64,000 nt of DNA from Lama guanicoe. Taxonomy: Eukaryota. Shown piece after piece: positions 11,430 to 23,253 of this stretch; position 1 is the stretch's first letter, and each line of letters begins with the position of its first letter. Below the pieces are notes generated by a model. That model had not been told where the DNA came from and ran no database searches. It worked only from the letters and a program-made list of their open reading frames with translations. The stretch is from contig MU055744.1 in the NCBI GenBank assembly GCA_013239625.1, forward strand, positions 898,355-962,354. Direction: 5' to 3'. The position numbers and the translations under genes were made by a program.

Positions 11430-13635
11430 AAGGCGCACCTCAGAGACCCTGTGGGTCCAGCCTCCGCCCGCCGCAGTGCAGCGATGAGCCAAGAGAGCGA
11501 GTCCCAGGACTGTCTGGTTTCCTGTGCGTCTGAAAGTGGTGTTTACGCTGCCCCCCACCCCGTTCTGTGACGCATGCAGCGGCGTCGCGTCTCAAACGAC
11601 CAGTGTACACGCTGGCACTTCTGACGCTCGATGGCTGAGAACCGCTACCCATCACCTGAGCCTTCAGCGGGCTCTGATTTTCCTGCTGCCTGAGTGGGTG
11701 GCGGTGGCCGAAGGCTGGGGGTGGGGAGGGGCTGTGACAATTTCGTAAAACAAGACACCAATGAAGTTTGCCACATCAACTGACTCTTCCTTTAAGGATC
11801 TCTCTGCAGCAGGCAACGCTGTCAGACAGCGTGCACCCACACTAGGACTTCTTCCAAAATCGGTGTCAGTCCTCTGAAAACTTGTCACGGCCTTATCAGC
11901 AAAGTCTATGGAATATTCTAGACACTTTGTTGTCACTTCCACATTCCTCACAGCATCTTCACCAGGAGTGGAGTCCATCTCAAGAAGCCACTGTCTTCGC
12001 TCACCCACGAGAGGCAGCTCCCCCTCCATGCGAGCGTTGCCCCGACGCTGCAGCAGTGCGGCGCCATCCCCAGGCTGCACGTCCAGTTCTGGCTCCCTTG
12101 CTGCTTCCACCGCATCTGCTGCCACTTCCTCCAGCGAAGCCTTCACCCCTCAGCCACCCAGGAGGGCTGGGGCCAGCGTCTTCCAAACGCCGGTGAGTGT
12201 GGCTGTGCTGGCCTCTTCCCGGGAACTGAGAGTGTTTCTTAACAGCATTGAGAAGGGTGAATACGTCACAGAACATTTTTGGTTCACTTGCCCCAGGTCC
12301 GCCAGAGGAACCACTATGTAAGGCAGCTGGACTCGTACAGAACACAATTCTTGGGTAATAAGACTTGAAATGACGTCTGAGCCGGGCTGCAGGACGGGCG
12401 CCGTCAGCGGGGAAACCGCGTCCGTGGCGCCGTCCGTCCCGTCAGAGCGCCCGGGGGCCCAGGTGCGTCCAGGGCCGGGGCGCTTTGAAGGGAAGCTGTT
12501 TCCCGGCAGCGGGCGCGCAGCGGCAGGAGCCGGCGTCGGCCCGGCCGCGGGCACGGGCAGAGCAGCCCCGGCGCCCCCTGAAGGGCCTGGGAGTCAGGGA
12601 ACGGCCGGCGGGCCCTGGCTCCAGCCCGGTCGCCAGCTGCGTGAGCCCCTGCCGGGACGGCCACCCGCCCGTGGCGCCGGGAGCCGGGCACTGGCTCCTC
12701 TCCGGACGGCGAGGCCCCGGGCGGCGGCCCCTTCCGGCAGACGGCGGCCCCGTCCGCCCCGAAAGCCTGCGCTCAGTGTAGCCCCCCGTGAACGGCCGCG
12801 CCCCACCTCGCGCATGACTCGCCGGTCACCTCGGCCTTGGCGGCTGCGAGCCGGCGTCTGTCCTTCCGCCTCGGGCGCCGGCCTCCGCCGGCCTCACGCG
12901 CCCCCGGGGCCTCCCGCCGCCGCAGGATGGAGGGGGCCGGGGCCCCGCTCCGGGCGCGGCCTTGGCCGACGGGGGCGTGAGGCCGGCCTGGTCTTCGCTG
13001 CAGACCACGCAGGCTTCCCCCGGGGCAGCAACAGGGCCGGTTCCCTTCTCATCACTCGTGTGTGCACGGGAGCGGCGCGCTCGATTGCCTTCGAGGGCCT
13101 TCCCTTTGCCCGCACAGCTGGGCTGACTGGTGCAGAAGGCCGAGTTTTGGGCCGACCTTGACTTTCGACGCGCCTTCCTCACGAAGCGTCATCGTTTCCA
13201 GCTGCGGATGGAGAGTGGGAGACTCCTCCCTCACGTGCGGACCTGGAGGCCACGCAGGGCTGTCAGCGGGCCTGACTCCCGCGCTGCCGAGTCTCGGGGC
13301 CGCGGGGCCCGGGGAGAGCGAGGGAGGCGGGGAGCGGCCCTCGGCGGAGCCGTCCGACCGCACCCGAGGCTCACGGGTTAAGGTCGCGTCTTACGCGGGC
13401 GAGGTTCGTGGCACCCGGAACAATGACAGTAGCAACCGACTCAGAGGTACCGAGAAATTTGAAATATTGTGAGAATAACCCACACGTGATGCAGGGACAC
13501 AGGGTGAGCCGACGCTGTTGGGACAACGGCGCCGACAGACCCGCTGGAGGCCGGGTGGGAACAGACCTCCAATCTGTGAAAAGCACAGTGTCCGCTCAGG
13601 GCGGGACAGCGGAGCCAACAAACGCAGTCGGCCTG
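11430..13635 (-). mobile_element. Near-full-length Tigger1 (TcMar-Tigger) DNA transposon fossil, strongly GC-shifted
   Basis: Degenerate TIR-like ends (aaggcgcacctc, compare CAGGCATACCTC; ...gtcggcctg). ORF 11664-12146(-) reads KASLEEVAADAVEAAREPELDVQPGD...EMDSTPGEDAVRNVEVTTKCLEYSIDFADKA, matching the Tigger1/TIGD1 transposase C-terminus. Collinear with the recalled consensus throughout. Confidence 0.9.
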
Positions 13636-15200
13636 AGTTTTCGTCTGTCCTTTGTTTCTCACCTAATGTCCTCCTTTGTCCCAGGACCTCACGTGACTTT
13701 CAGGCATCAGGCCCCCGTGGGCCCCTCGGGGCGGGCACGGTCCCTCAGACTCCCCTCTTGGCGATGGCCGTGGCAGTAAGGGGGCAGCTCGGGGGCCTGT
13801 AGACTGTCCTTCGCCCGGGACTTGTCTGGCGCCGCTCTCGGGGCTGGACTTGGCGGTGGGTTTGGCGGGAAGACCCCGCGGGGGCACTAGGAGCCCTTCT
13901 GCAGGCGACTTGTCCCTTCTCCTCCACTTAGTGATGCATGTATTTGTAGGAGTTCGGACTCACGGACATTCACATCATGCTTTGAGTTGTAACCCAATTC
14001 TACTTGAATTGCTCTGTCCCCACTTGGATTTTCCAGCCCCTGCCGCTGGGAACCGTGCCGGCCGCCTGCTTGTCCCTCTGACGACCCCACCGTTCCGCTT
14101 TTGACTTCTTGACCGTCACCTCCTGGCTCAACAAGATGCTCCAGGCTCATCCTGGCCACTTCCTGCCCTCGAATCAGCGGCTTGCCCCAGGCATCCTGGT
14201 TCTTGCACTGGAGGATGGTGTTGGAAACCAAGGCCTGGGTGCGGGGGTGCTCAGTGGCCACTGGGTGCTCTCCGTCACTCTGCTGTCTCTCAGCTGATGG
14301 AGCAAGAAAATTGCATGTATCCTAACCTGGGCTGCGTTACACATAATTCTAGATGTTTCTCCATGCAGCCGTCTGTACGCAGCTGACCGCACGAAGGCAT
14401 AGTGCACAAGGTCGTGAGCCCTGATCCTTCACCACCCTGCCTACCTGCCCCTCCCACGCCGACACGCTGGCTCCCACCTGCTGCGTGGTCACTAGAGGGC
14501 AGCCTCTCGCGTCCAGTTTTACAAACCCCACTCATTTCAAAGCTGCCACTCCTTCCGTGAGGCTGGCTCAGGAGGATGGTTCTCTCACAGCCTGTGGTCC
14601 ACCCTGGGATTCTCCCCACCCGCTGAGCAATTGTTTTATTTGCATAAACACGGTTCACTGTGTGTGCCGTGAAAGTCCTGTGGGTTCTGACGAGCATGCG
14701 GCGTATCCACCAGCAGCCTCGTACAGAATCATTTCGCTGCCCAGGATTTTTAAACCCTGTGTCTCGCCTCCTCACTTCCCCCACAGCAGCCCCTGGTGAC
14801 CACCGATCTGTTCGCCTTTCCTCTGGTTCTGCCATGCCCGGAGCCTCATGCAAATGGGGCCGTGCTAGGCGTGGCCTCCCCTTCCCAGGCTGTCTCCCCC
14901 AGCGACGTGCGCTATGATCCACCCCGCCTTTTCCTGGCTTGACGGCTCACTTCTCGTTAGTGCTAAGAGTTCCCCTGTCTGGATGGACCTCAGCCTGCTC
15001 GTCCATCCGCCTGCTGCTGAAAGGCCCCGCGGCTGCCTCCAGGCTCTGGTGGCTGTGAGTAAAGCTGCTAGAGAGGAGCGTGCGGGGGTGGGCGTGTTTT
15101 CAGGTCGGCTGTGCCGCCCAGGAGCGCGGTCGGTGCACGGTGTCTAGCGTTGTCTGAAATTGCCAAACGGCCTCCCAGAGCAGCCGTCCCAGCCCCCTGG
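13636..15200 (-). mobile_element. L1MC-type LINE 3' UTR/ORF2 end (continuation after Tigger1)
   Basis: ctaatgtcctcctttgtcccagga, caagatgctccaggctcatc, ggaaaccaaggcctgggtgc and gaaattgccaaacggcctcccagag match L1MC3/4-like consensus blocks in order. Confidence 0.75.
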
Positions 15201-16559
15201 AGGGGCTGGGAGCTGCCAGGGGAGCCTCCTCATGGCCTGTCCCAGCAGCCTCTCCCCTGCTCAGCTCTCAAATGCGTTCGGCATCTACAGAGTTCGGACC
15301 CACGGCCCAGCCCCTACCTGCCACCCTGAGGACGCAGCAGCAGGTGGGAAAGGGCAGTTTGCAGGCGGCTCTGCGGGGCTGCTCCGCCCCGGCACCCGGG
15401 CAGCCGGGCAGCCGGGCTCCGAGCAGACGTCTGGGCGGGCGCACACCTGCCCCCTCCTCCAGCCCCAGGCCGGCCCCTGCCTGCAGCACCGCCTAGAAGC
15501 CGGTCCCGGGTCCACTGCTCTCACTGAGCCCGCACCATCACCACTCTGCCCGGCGTCAATTTCTTACCTGAGCAATGGGGCTACTCACCTTTGCCGAGAG
15601 TGTTACTCTGCTCTGAGCCTTTGCACACACGCTCATTGCAATTCTCCCTGTCCACAGAGGGGAGACCGAGGCCCAGGAGGTAAGCATGTTGTCCACTGAT
15701 CAGCAGCTGGGGGTGGACCTGGCCTCCTGAGCCTTGGGCCTCCCCGGATGGCCCTGGCCAGGCTCTGGCAGCTGCTGGTGTGAGAAGGGCAGGTCCGGCT
15801 TTGGTGGCTGCCCCAGACACCTGTCACTCCCCAGCCAGAGCAGGCTTCTCAAAGCTGCATCAGGACCACCCCCGAGGGGCAGGGCAGCCGGGAAGGTCGC
15901 CGTCAGGCGCGTTGGTCCCAGGCCCCCGCCCGCCGCGCCCCCCGGGCAGAAGCTCCTGGCCGACCTCTGGCTTGTAAACTCCAGAACCAACAGTGGCCCC
16001 AAGAGCAGAAGCAGATTTCTCCAGCCCCACTGTGTGTCCAGCGCCTTGCCCCCACAGGTTTTGGGTCCTAGCGTCCACAGCCAGCCCTGCCAGGTTAGGT
16101 CAGTGTCCCAGGGGTCAGTCACGGTCAAGCTCAGGGACAGCTGTGCCAGGTCGTCCTTCAGGGGGTGGGGGGCGGTCCAGGTGCTCAGGGACTCAGGCCC
16201 TGGTGCCCCAGTGGGGCGGACAACCCCTCAGGGTGGGGCCATCCAGTGAATGAATGAGGGGATGAACAAATGAACCAAGACCCTTCCAGGGCTCCCTGGG
16301 ACCAGGCCCACAGCCTGGCTTTCCCAGCATGGCCCCGGGCCTGATCTCCAAGGGCTCCAGCCCCTACCCTGCCCAGGTCCGTGTCCCAGCATGACACCCT
16401 CCTCACACAGAAACAAAACAGGGAGCGAGTGACGACATCAGAGCACTTTCTGGATGACCGAGGTCTTGTACACCCTCGTCACCACAGCCCTGGGAGGTGG
16501 AGGCTCCTGTCCCCACCGCGGGGATGGGGGCCCGCCCCGCCCCCGGCCCAGGCTGAGCG

Positions 16560-16725
16560 CACAGCAGCACTCCGCTGCCTGGCCCACCTGGGAGTCTCTA
16601 CACAGCGCTGGTGCCACCCGCGCCCGCCCAGACCTTCTGATTTAATTGGCTCGGGGGGGCGATCTGGGCGTCAGGATTCTGTGAATCTCCAGCGAGTCTA
16701 CATGCAGGGAACTGGGACGCACTGC
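16560..16725. mobile_element. MER5-family hAT-Charlie MITE
   Basis: cccagaccttctgatttaattggctcgggggg...ctgggcgtcaggattct resembles MER5B/MER5A1. Confidence 0.55.
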
Positions 16726-19469
16726 AGCGTGGGCCACAGGAAACGCCTGTGGACGGAGGGACCAAAGGACCAGGGTGGGCTCTGCCCTGGCGCCTCCAGC
16801 AGGGGGCAGTGCCACCTCACAGGTGGGGCTCCCGTGCTGAGCCGCCCAGTGCGCCTTCAGTGGGGTCTGTCCTAACAGACAGTGGGCTGCTACGGCCTCT
16901 GGGCCCCGTCTCTCGTCTCAGGACTCCTCCCAGGGGCGCTGCTCTGCCCTGCCCTCCCCACCTCCAGTGTGTTCTCCAGACATCTGTGTCGATGGGCTCG
17001 CTGGCTGCTGGCGGGCGGGTGGAAATGCTAGACTGAATGGCCCGTCCACTCTGACACTCTCAGTCCACGAGGTCACCGGCAGCTGGACGGCCCGCCAGGG
17101 ACAGAGCGGATGGGAGGTCCAGGCAGCTGGCTGGCACTCCCGTCGGGATCCACGCTGGCAGGCACGGGAGCAGTGGCCTGTCTGTGTCCAGGCTGGGGCA
17201 GCCCTTACCACTGCTGGGGAGCCCCCGAGTTGGGAGGCAGGTGGGGCTGTCTGCACATGAGGGGCCTGAGGACTGAAACCTTTCTGTGGCCCCTTTCCCT
17301 GATTCCCTCCACACTCCAGCCCCTTCCTGCCTGAAGTCTCACCTCCCTGGCCTCCTCCGCAGGGCTCTGGCCACTCAGGTTCCGCTGCCCCCGGGCCCGG
17401 TGATGACACCCACTCCCCCGCCCTTCATGTCCTGGGGCGGGTGCCAGGTCTCCATGGGGCTCGCCCCGGCCCCCCGGGATGCCCCTCCTCCGCCTCCCAC
17501 GCGGGCCCTCTCTCCCGTCACACGGCCCCGCTTGCTGATGGCAGGGCCAGCCCTTTCTGGTCGCTGGGTGCCGGGCACCCAGCACAGGGCCTGGTACACA
17601 GGGGTGCCCAGCAACGTCCCATCCAGAAGCCCCCTGCCCAGCCCTCACCTCTCAGGTTACAAGCCCCAAGCCCTGCTAAGGCTCTGTCACCACCTGCTCC
17701 CGCTGAGATAAACTGATCAAGCATCTCTGACACAGGGGACTATCCTGGGCAGGAATCAGCAGGGCAGCCAGAGGCTGCAAGGAGGCCTCAAGCCAGGTTA
17801 GCACGCCATGCCCGTGTTAGCCCGGAGTCTCCACTTGACCGGTGGGAGCGCAGTGACGGGGTGGGGCTCCTGCCCCTGGGGGCTCCCCAGGCCCGCTCTC
17901 CGCAGGAAGTCGGGTGGTGGAGCCCTGTTCACCCGCCTCTCAGCCCCCCACGCCCACTGGCTCCTTGCTCCCCCTCCTCTGGGGACAGCACGCCACCCAG
18001 GTGGGCCCGGGAGCTTGCGTCCTGGACAGTGTCTGTGGGACTCGGCCAGGTCAGGTCATCTTGGTCGCTGCCCTGCTGTGGCCCGGGAGCCTGTGTGGAG
18101 CTTTCCTTTTCCTGGCCTCCCCCGAGAGCCCGCAGCCTCCCCCTGCCCTGCGGCCTTCGGAGCCGCCTCTCACGGGCACGTCACACCTGTGCCCTCGCAG
18201 CCCGAGCCTGAGGTGTCCCCGCGGCAACCTCGCGGGGGGCGAGCCCAGAGCGGGCCCGCGGGGGGGCAGGATGAGGGGCCCTCAGTGGGGAGACAACCCT
18301 CCAGGTCTCCAGGCCCCCCAGGGCTGACCCCTTTCCAGACCAAGAAGGGGCCCCCGCGGCCGGTATACTTGAGCTTTGATGACAGGAACCCAGAGTGGGC
18401 CGGTCCCAGTGCAGCCCGGGGGCCCGCAGGGGCTGTCTCCCCGGGCCGCCCCCCCACCCCGGAGGTCCGGGCCGAGGGCCGGTGGGCTCGGCCACGGCCT
18501 GACTGCAGGGACCAGCAGCAGGCTCGGCAGCGGGCCTCCCGGCTAGTCCCCCGCGTCCCGCGGGCACTGCCCCCCCACTGCGGTCTGGTGCAGCCTCCCC
18601 ACGCGGCCTGGGAAGGGGGAAAGTGTGGGTGTGGGGCCTCGACAGCCGCAGGGGCCCACTCAGTCCTGCCTCGACCTTCCCTGAGGCCCGAGAGCCCCTT
18701 CTGCCCCGACTGTGCCCTGCATCCACCATCATGACAGTCCTGGGGCTCCCCTTGCCCAGGAGAGTCAGTGAGGTGGTGTACCAGCGTGCAGGATTGTGTG
18801 TGAACACACGTGTCCTGTGCATGTCGCATGTGTGTGAATGCATTTCAGGGGGCACCGGGGCAACTGCGCCATTTTGGCCGCCAGCCTGTCGTGAGGGTCA
18901 CCCCCTTCCACTGAGAACCAGTCTCTTCCTCGGTACCGTGTGTCTAGCAGGACTCTGGCCCTCAAGGCTCCCAGCTCCAGGGCGCCCAGGGCCTCCCCGG
19001 AGGGTGCCTGCTGGACAGGGGCACGAGAGGATCTGGGCAGCATCACCGAACTGCAGCCGGCCCGGCCCCGCCGCAGAGGAGCTGGAGCAGACAGAGCGTC
19101 ATTACCTGGTTATTAACCAGGAGGTGAGATGGCATCACATTCTGTGGCTGCGTGAGCTCCAGTGTGGCCGCCGGGCTGGGCTCAGGCAGCCTGGGGCCGT
19201 GCAGGTGGCTGCACACCCGGGGCTGGTGGCTGCTGACGGAGGGCAGTGCCTCTGGACGGGACCCGGAGGAGAAAGGACCTGGGGGCAGGCACCCAGGAGC
19301 CCCAGGCCCGGGTCTCGTGGCCCAGGACCAGCTACCACCGCTGTCGGGGCAGCCAGGTGCCTTGCCTGGACCCAGCCCCGGCCAGGGTGAGGCCAGCAGG
19401 CCCTCCGCCACCCGCCCCGCCCAGGGCGGCCGGCCGGCTTCCAGACCGAGCCCGGAAGACCCCATGGGA

Positions 19470-22400
19470 ACAGAGGCGAACTGAACGGGTGTGTTTTTAA
19501 ACACTCGTGTTTTGCTCGTTTCTCCTCTCACGTTTTTCTCTGCGTTTCCCTTTTCCACAATTCTACCACCATTGTTCGTCAATCCCCGGCACCTGCGGCC
19601 GCGACGTTTTGAGAACAATCACGTAGGGAAGTAATTTCACAGTCAGAGTCGCGGGAAGGCCAGCTGGCAACAGGGACAGAACAGAGCGAGGCGTAAAAAC
19701 TACTCGAAAGGGGAAGAAAACCCTTGAAAGCTTCAGGCCCACCCTCCGCCCCAGCGGGAGAAGACCCATGCGCAGAGGTTTCGTACGAAGCCTGAGTCCC
19801 AGGAGCCCCTCTCTCTGCTGCGTCTCCTGTCGAGACATCCGCGGAGAAAGCCTCCACCTCCATCTCTAACAGCAGAAACAAAACAAGCCCCCCGTCACAC
19901 CCTCCAAGTACACATGAGGGATAAAATTACATTTGTACAAAAATAGATTTTTTTTCTACCTTTCCCGATGCTTTACACACCTCTCTTCTCTGTCTGGCCT
20001 CCTCTCTAGAGTGTGAGCTACACATCCTGGCTAAGGCGCTGCTGAGGGCTGGGAACTGCTAAAGCTGCTGGCTCCAAAGCATCTTAAAATAGATGCACGT
20101 CCTTGCCTTGAGATATTCATTCGAACCCGGATTTCACCAAAGGAAGGGTCCTTATGTACTTGCTTACATTAAGGAAATTTATAGGAAAACGGGGGGAAAT
20201 CTTAATTAAAAATGAACACAGAAATGCTGGAAACTGCTCAGCATGTACTGTATGGATGGTGTGCGGGTCTGTGCACACAGGCTCCCTGTATAGCACACAC
20301 GCTTCACACCACACACCTGCGTGGGCAGGGACAGGCCACGCGCCCTCATTCCGTGATGGGGACATCATCAGCTGATGACACCGGCCGCGCGCCCCAGCCA
20401 GGCCCTCCCGGGAGCCCCGCAGAGAAGGGGGCTCCGGCGTGGTCTCCAGCTCTTGCTACCGGCCTGACAGCCCGAATCCTTTGGGGACTCCGAGACTTGG
20501 AAAGCCGAGGGCGTGGAGCTGTCTTCCCCCAGGTGACGAGGGCCATCTCGGACACGGGAGCCTCTCGGTGGCGGCCCCCAGGCAGGCCGGCTTCCCAGGA
20601 GATCCCTGACGCGGGACGAGCCCGAGCCTGGCTCAGCCGACGCCTTCCCCCACAGGACGCGGTCATCTTCGCTCCACAGCTGCGGGAGCCCCGTCTGATG
20701 TCAGCGCGGGAGGTGACGCCGGCAGGCAAGGCGGGATGGGCACAGGACGGCTAGCACGCTGATGTTAGTGCTATCTTTAGAAAATTAAAGATTGTCCCAC
20801 CGAAACAATAATAAAAATAATAACAATTACAAAAAAATCACCGTAACTGAACCAGATTGGTGACACTGCTGCAGGTCTGGTTAAACAGAAACGCTGCCTC
20901 TACCGAGCAGCGTGCAGCCTCCCCACATCACCTCTCCAACAGCACTGCAGGGACAGCAAGGGTGACAGCGGGCTGATGAGGAAAGGGCGGCCCCAGGAGC
21001 CCAAGACACCGAGTGGCCGGAGGGGCTGGGAGCTCTGGCTGTGGGAGGGGCTGTCCCGGGGGCCTCGCTGCTTTGCTGGCAGCCAGCCGGAGGCCGACCT
21101 CCACCTAGAGGGCCCCACCCTGGGTTTCTCCATGGGAGCCACCACGGTCCTGTTTCTGAGGGGCCCAGGGAAGCGGGGTGGGGGGGCCGGGCGTGGGTGG
21201 CGGGGTGCATCTGGCTGCAGAAGGCACCAGGGGTGTCGGGGGTGGGGCAGCCCAGCGTTCCCACAAGCAGGGGGACCCCCAAGGGTGCCTGCATCACTCT
21301 GCCTGATACAACCAAGCCCCCAAGGGCTGCCGAGACGTCCAGGGGCAGTCTGGGAGGAGAGACAATGGGCAGGCCCCGGCACGCCCATCTCTGCCTCAAA
21401 TGGTGCACGGGGACTCCCCGCGTGGCAGCCACCGCCTCTCCTGCCTATTAGGGCGGGGTGCCAGAGGAAGGAGGTGTTTGCAGTATCCCCCGTACCTTCT
21501 GCCACGGTGCCCCACGCTCAGCTGGGGCCAGACTCCGGAAGGCAAAGAATGGACACTTCCTTCCCATGGAGGCCTGGGGCCAGTAAGGCCCCGCCAGGGG
21601 CACCCCCGCACCACCTGGGGAGACAGACCTGGGGGCAGGCAGCTCCAACCCCGCCCTCCAGCCCTGTTCCCGGGCTCCTGTTGGGGGCAGCAGGAGGGAA
21701 GACAGGCGTGACACAGCATCCCCTGGGGGGCTAAGACGGGACCCCACCCTGCCGACCCAGCTCAGGCCCCCACTTCTGACAAAGGCCCGGCTCACGGGGA
21801 GTGAGGCGTGAAAATGCGAAGTACTCAGACCAGAGGGAGGGCTTACAGTGCAGAGGAGGCTGGTTCCACCTGAGAGCGCCCCGCCCCGGGGGCAAAGCGC
21901 CTGCCTGCGGGGGTGAAACGTGCAGGGCCGGGCGCGGGGCTGCGTGGGGCAGTCGATGGGGCCCCCAGACAGGGCTCCGTCACCCCAACAAGACGACCAC
22001 AGGGCTGGCCGTCCCCAAGGGGTGTCCAGCCCCGGCCCGAGGATGCTGGCACCTGATTCCAAGACTCTTCAGGACAGAGCAGCCAGCAAAGGGGACTCTG
22101 CCCAGAAAGCTCCAGCATGTGGCCCGCCCCTCCACCACCTGGCCCCGTGCCCACGCCGCCCGCCTCCTCCCTGTGCAGGGCTGACCAAAGACCCTCTGGG
22201 CAGTGACCCTCCTCCCACCACATGCCCGCAGGCCTCCTGGGTGGTGACCTCTGCCCTTAAGAGGTGAGCAGAGCCCACACTGGGATGGGCCCCTGCTGCT
22301 TCCAGGAAGCCAGAGACCGGGCCTGCCCTCCGCAGACTAACGGGTCCAGGGTTGGGCAGGGGCTGGGGCCATGCGGTCTGGTTACCCTGGCTGGACAGGG

Positions 22401-23105
22401 GCACACTGGGGAAGAAGCTGAAACCAGGATGATGCAAAGAGAAAACTGAGGTGGGGCAGGTGGATGACCCCTGCCTGCAGCCTTGAGGCGGCCCCAAAAC
22501 CCCGCACAGAGGTCAGCTCCCGTTCTGGCTGGCTCAGGGGCAAAGTCAAAAGTCATCTTTGGAAAAAGGGGCCGCTCACCCTCCACGCTGACAGAAGGCA
22601 AGGCTGCCTGCCCCGAGCCCTCCCATCTTCCCGGGGGGCAGGTGGGGTCTTCTGCAATGAAACACCAGCCCCCGCCCCGTCCCCTTGCCACCTGTTCCCT
22701 TCTCCCAGCCTTGGTGGGGCCGACACCAGCACACACAGTAGGGCTCATGGGAGATTTCCAAAACCAGCAACAACTGACTGTGCCCGAACGAGCCGCCCTC
22801 CGACCGCTGCAGCTCCAGTGGCGAGGGCCTGAGGCCCCGCGAGCCGCCCGGGCTCCCGGGGGACAGCCTGGCGGGCCTGGCCGGGCTCACGCCAGCTCCT
22901 GCCACTCCGGCTGCTGCCCCGGTGCGGACGAGGAGTACTGAGAACAAGGAGGGTGCAGCACGTCTCTGAGGCTTTGCGATGGCAGGCCGCACCCCCGAGG
23001 CCAACAGCCAGGCGGAGAAGGGGTGGGACGGGGCTCGGCCGGGAAGGGCAGCTGGCAGCCAGGCGGGGCGGCCGGACCAGTGGGCGCGAAGGACGGCCGG
23101 CGGGC
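19470..23105 (-). other. RXRA: RXRA 3'UTR (3' end approximate)
   Basis: Follows the stop codon. AU-rich blocks at about 19910-19960, 20150-20220 and 20770-20870 and the distal 19470-19960 stretch resemble the recalled mammalian RXRA 3'UTR. No canonical AATAAA at the inferred end. Confidence 0.7.
19636..19643 (-). promoter_or_regulatory. miR-27 family 8mer seed match (ACUGUGAA) in the 3'UTR
   Basis: Plus-strand ttcacagt reads ACTGTGAA on the mRNA strand. RXRA is a reported miR-27a/b target. Confidence 0.6.
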
Positions 23106-23253
23106 CTAAGTCATTTGGTGCGGGGCTTCCAGCATCTCCATGAGGAAGGTGTCGATGGGCGTGTCCCCAATGAGTTTGAAGAAGAAGAGATGTTCCAGGC
23201 ACTTGAGGCCGATGGAGCGCAGGGCCGGCAGGCGCAGCAGGAGCTTGGCAAAC
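23106..23253 (-). CDS. RXRA: RXRA exon 10, coding part (dimerisation helix 10/11, AF-2 helix 12)
   Basis: [48 protein letters not shown] then TAG; 148 nt. The C-terminal HQMT is typical of RXR-alpha. Confidence 0.98.

Noticed and set aside
11664-12146. Tigger transposase ORF as a domesticated TIGD-like gene
   Set aside because: Only a C-terminal fragment, with no ATG start, a frameshift near its end and disrupted upstream HTH/DDE regions. It is a fossil.
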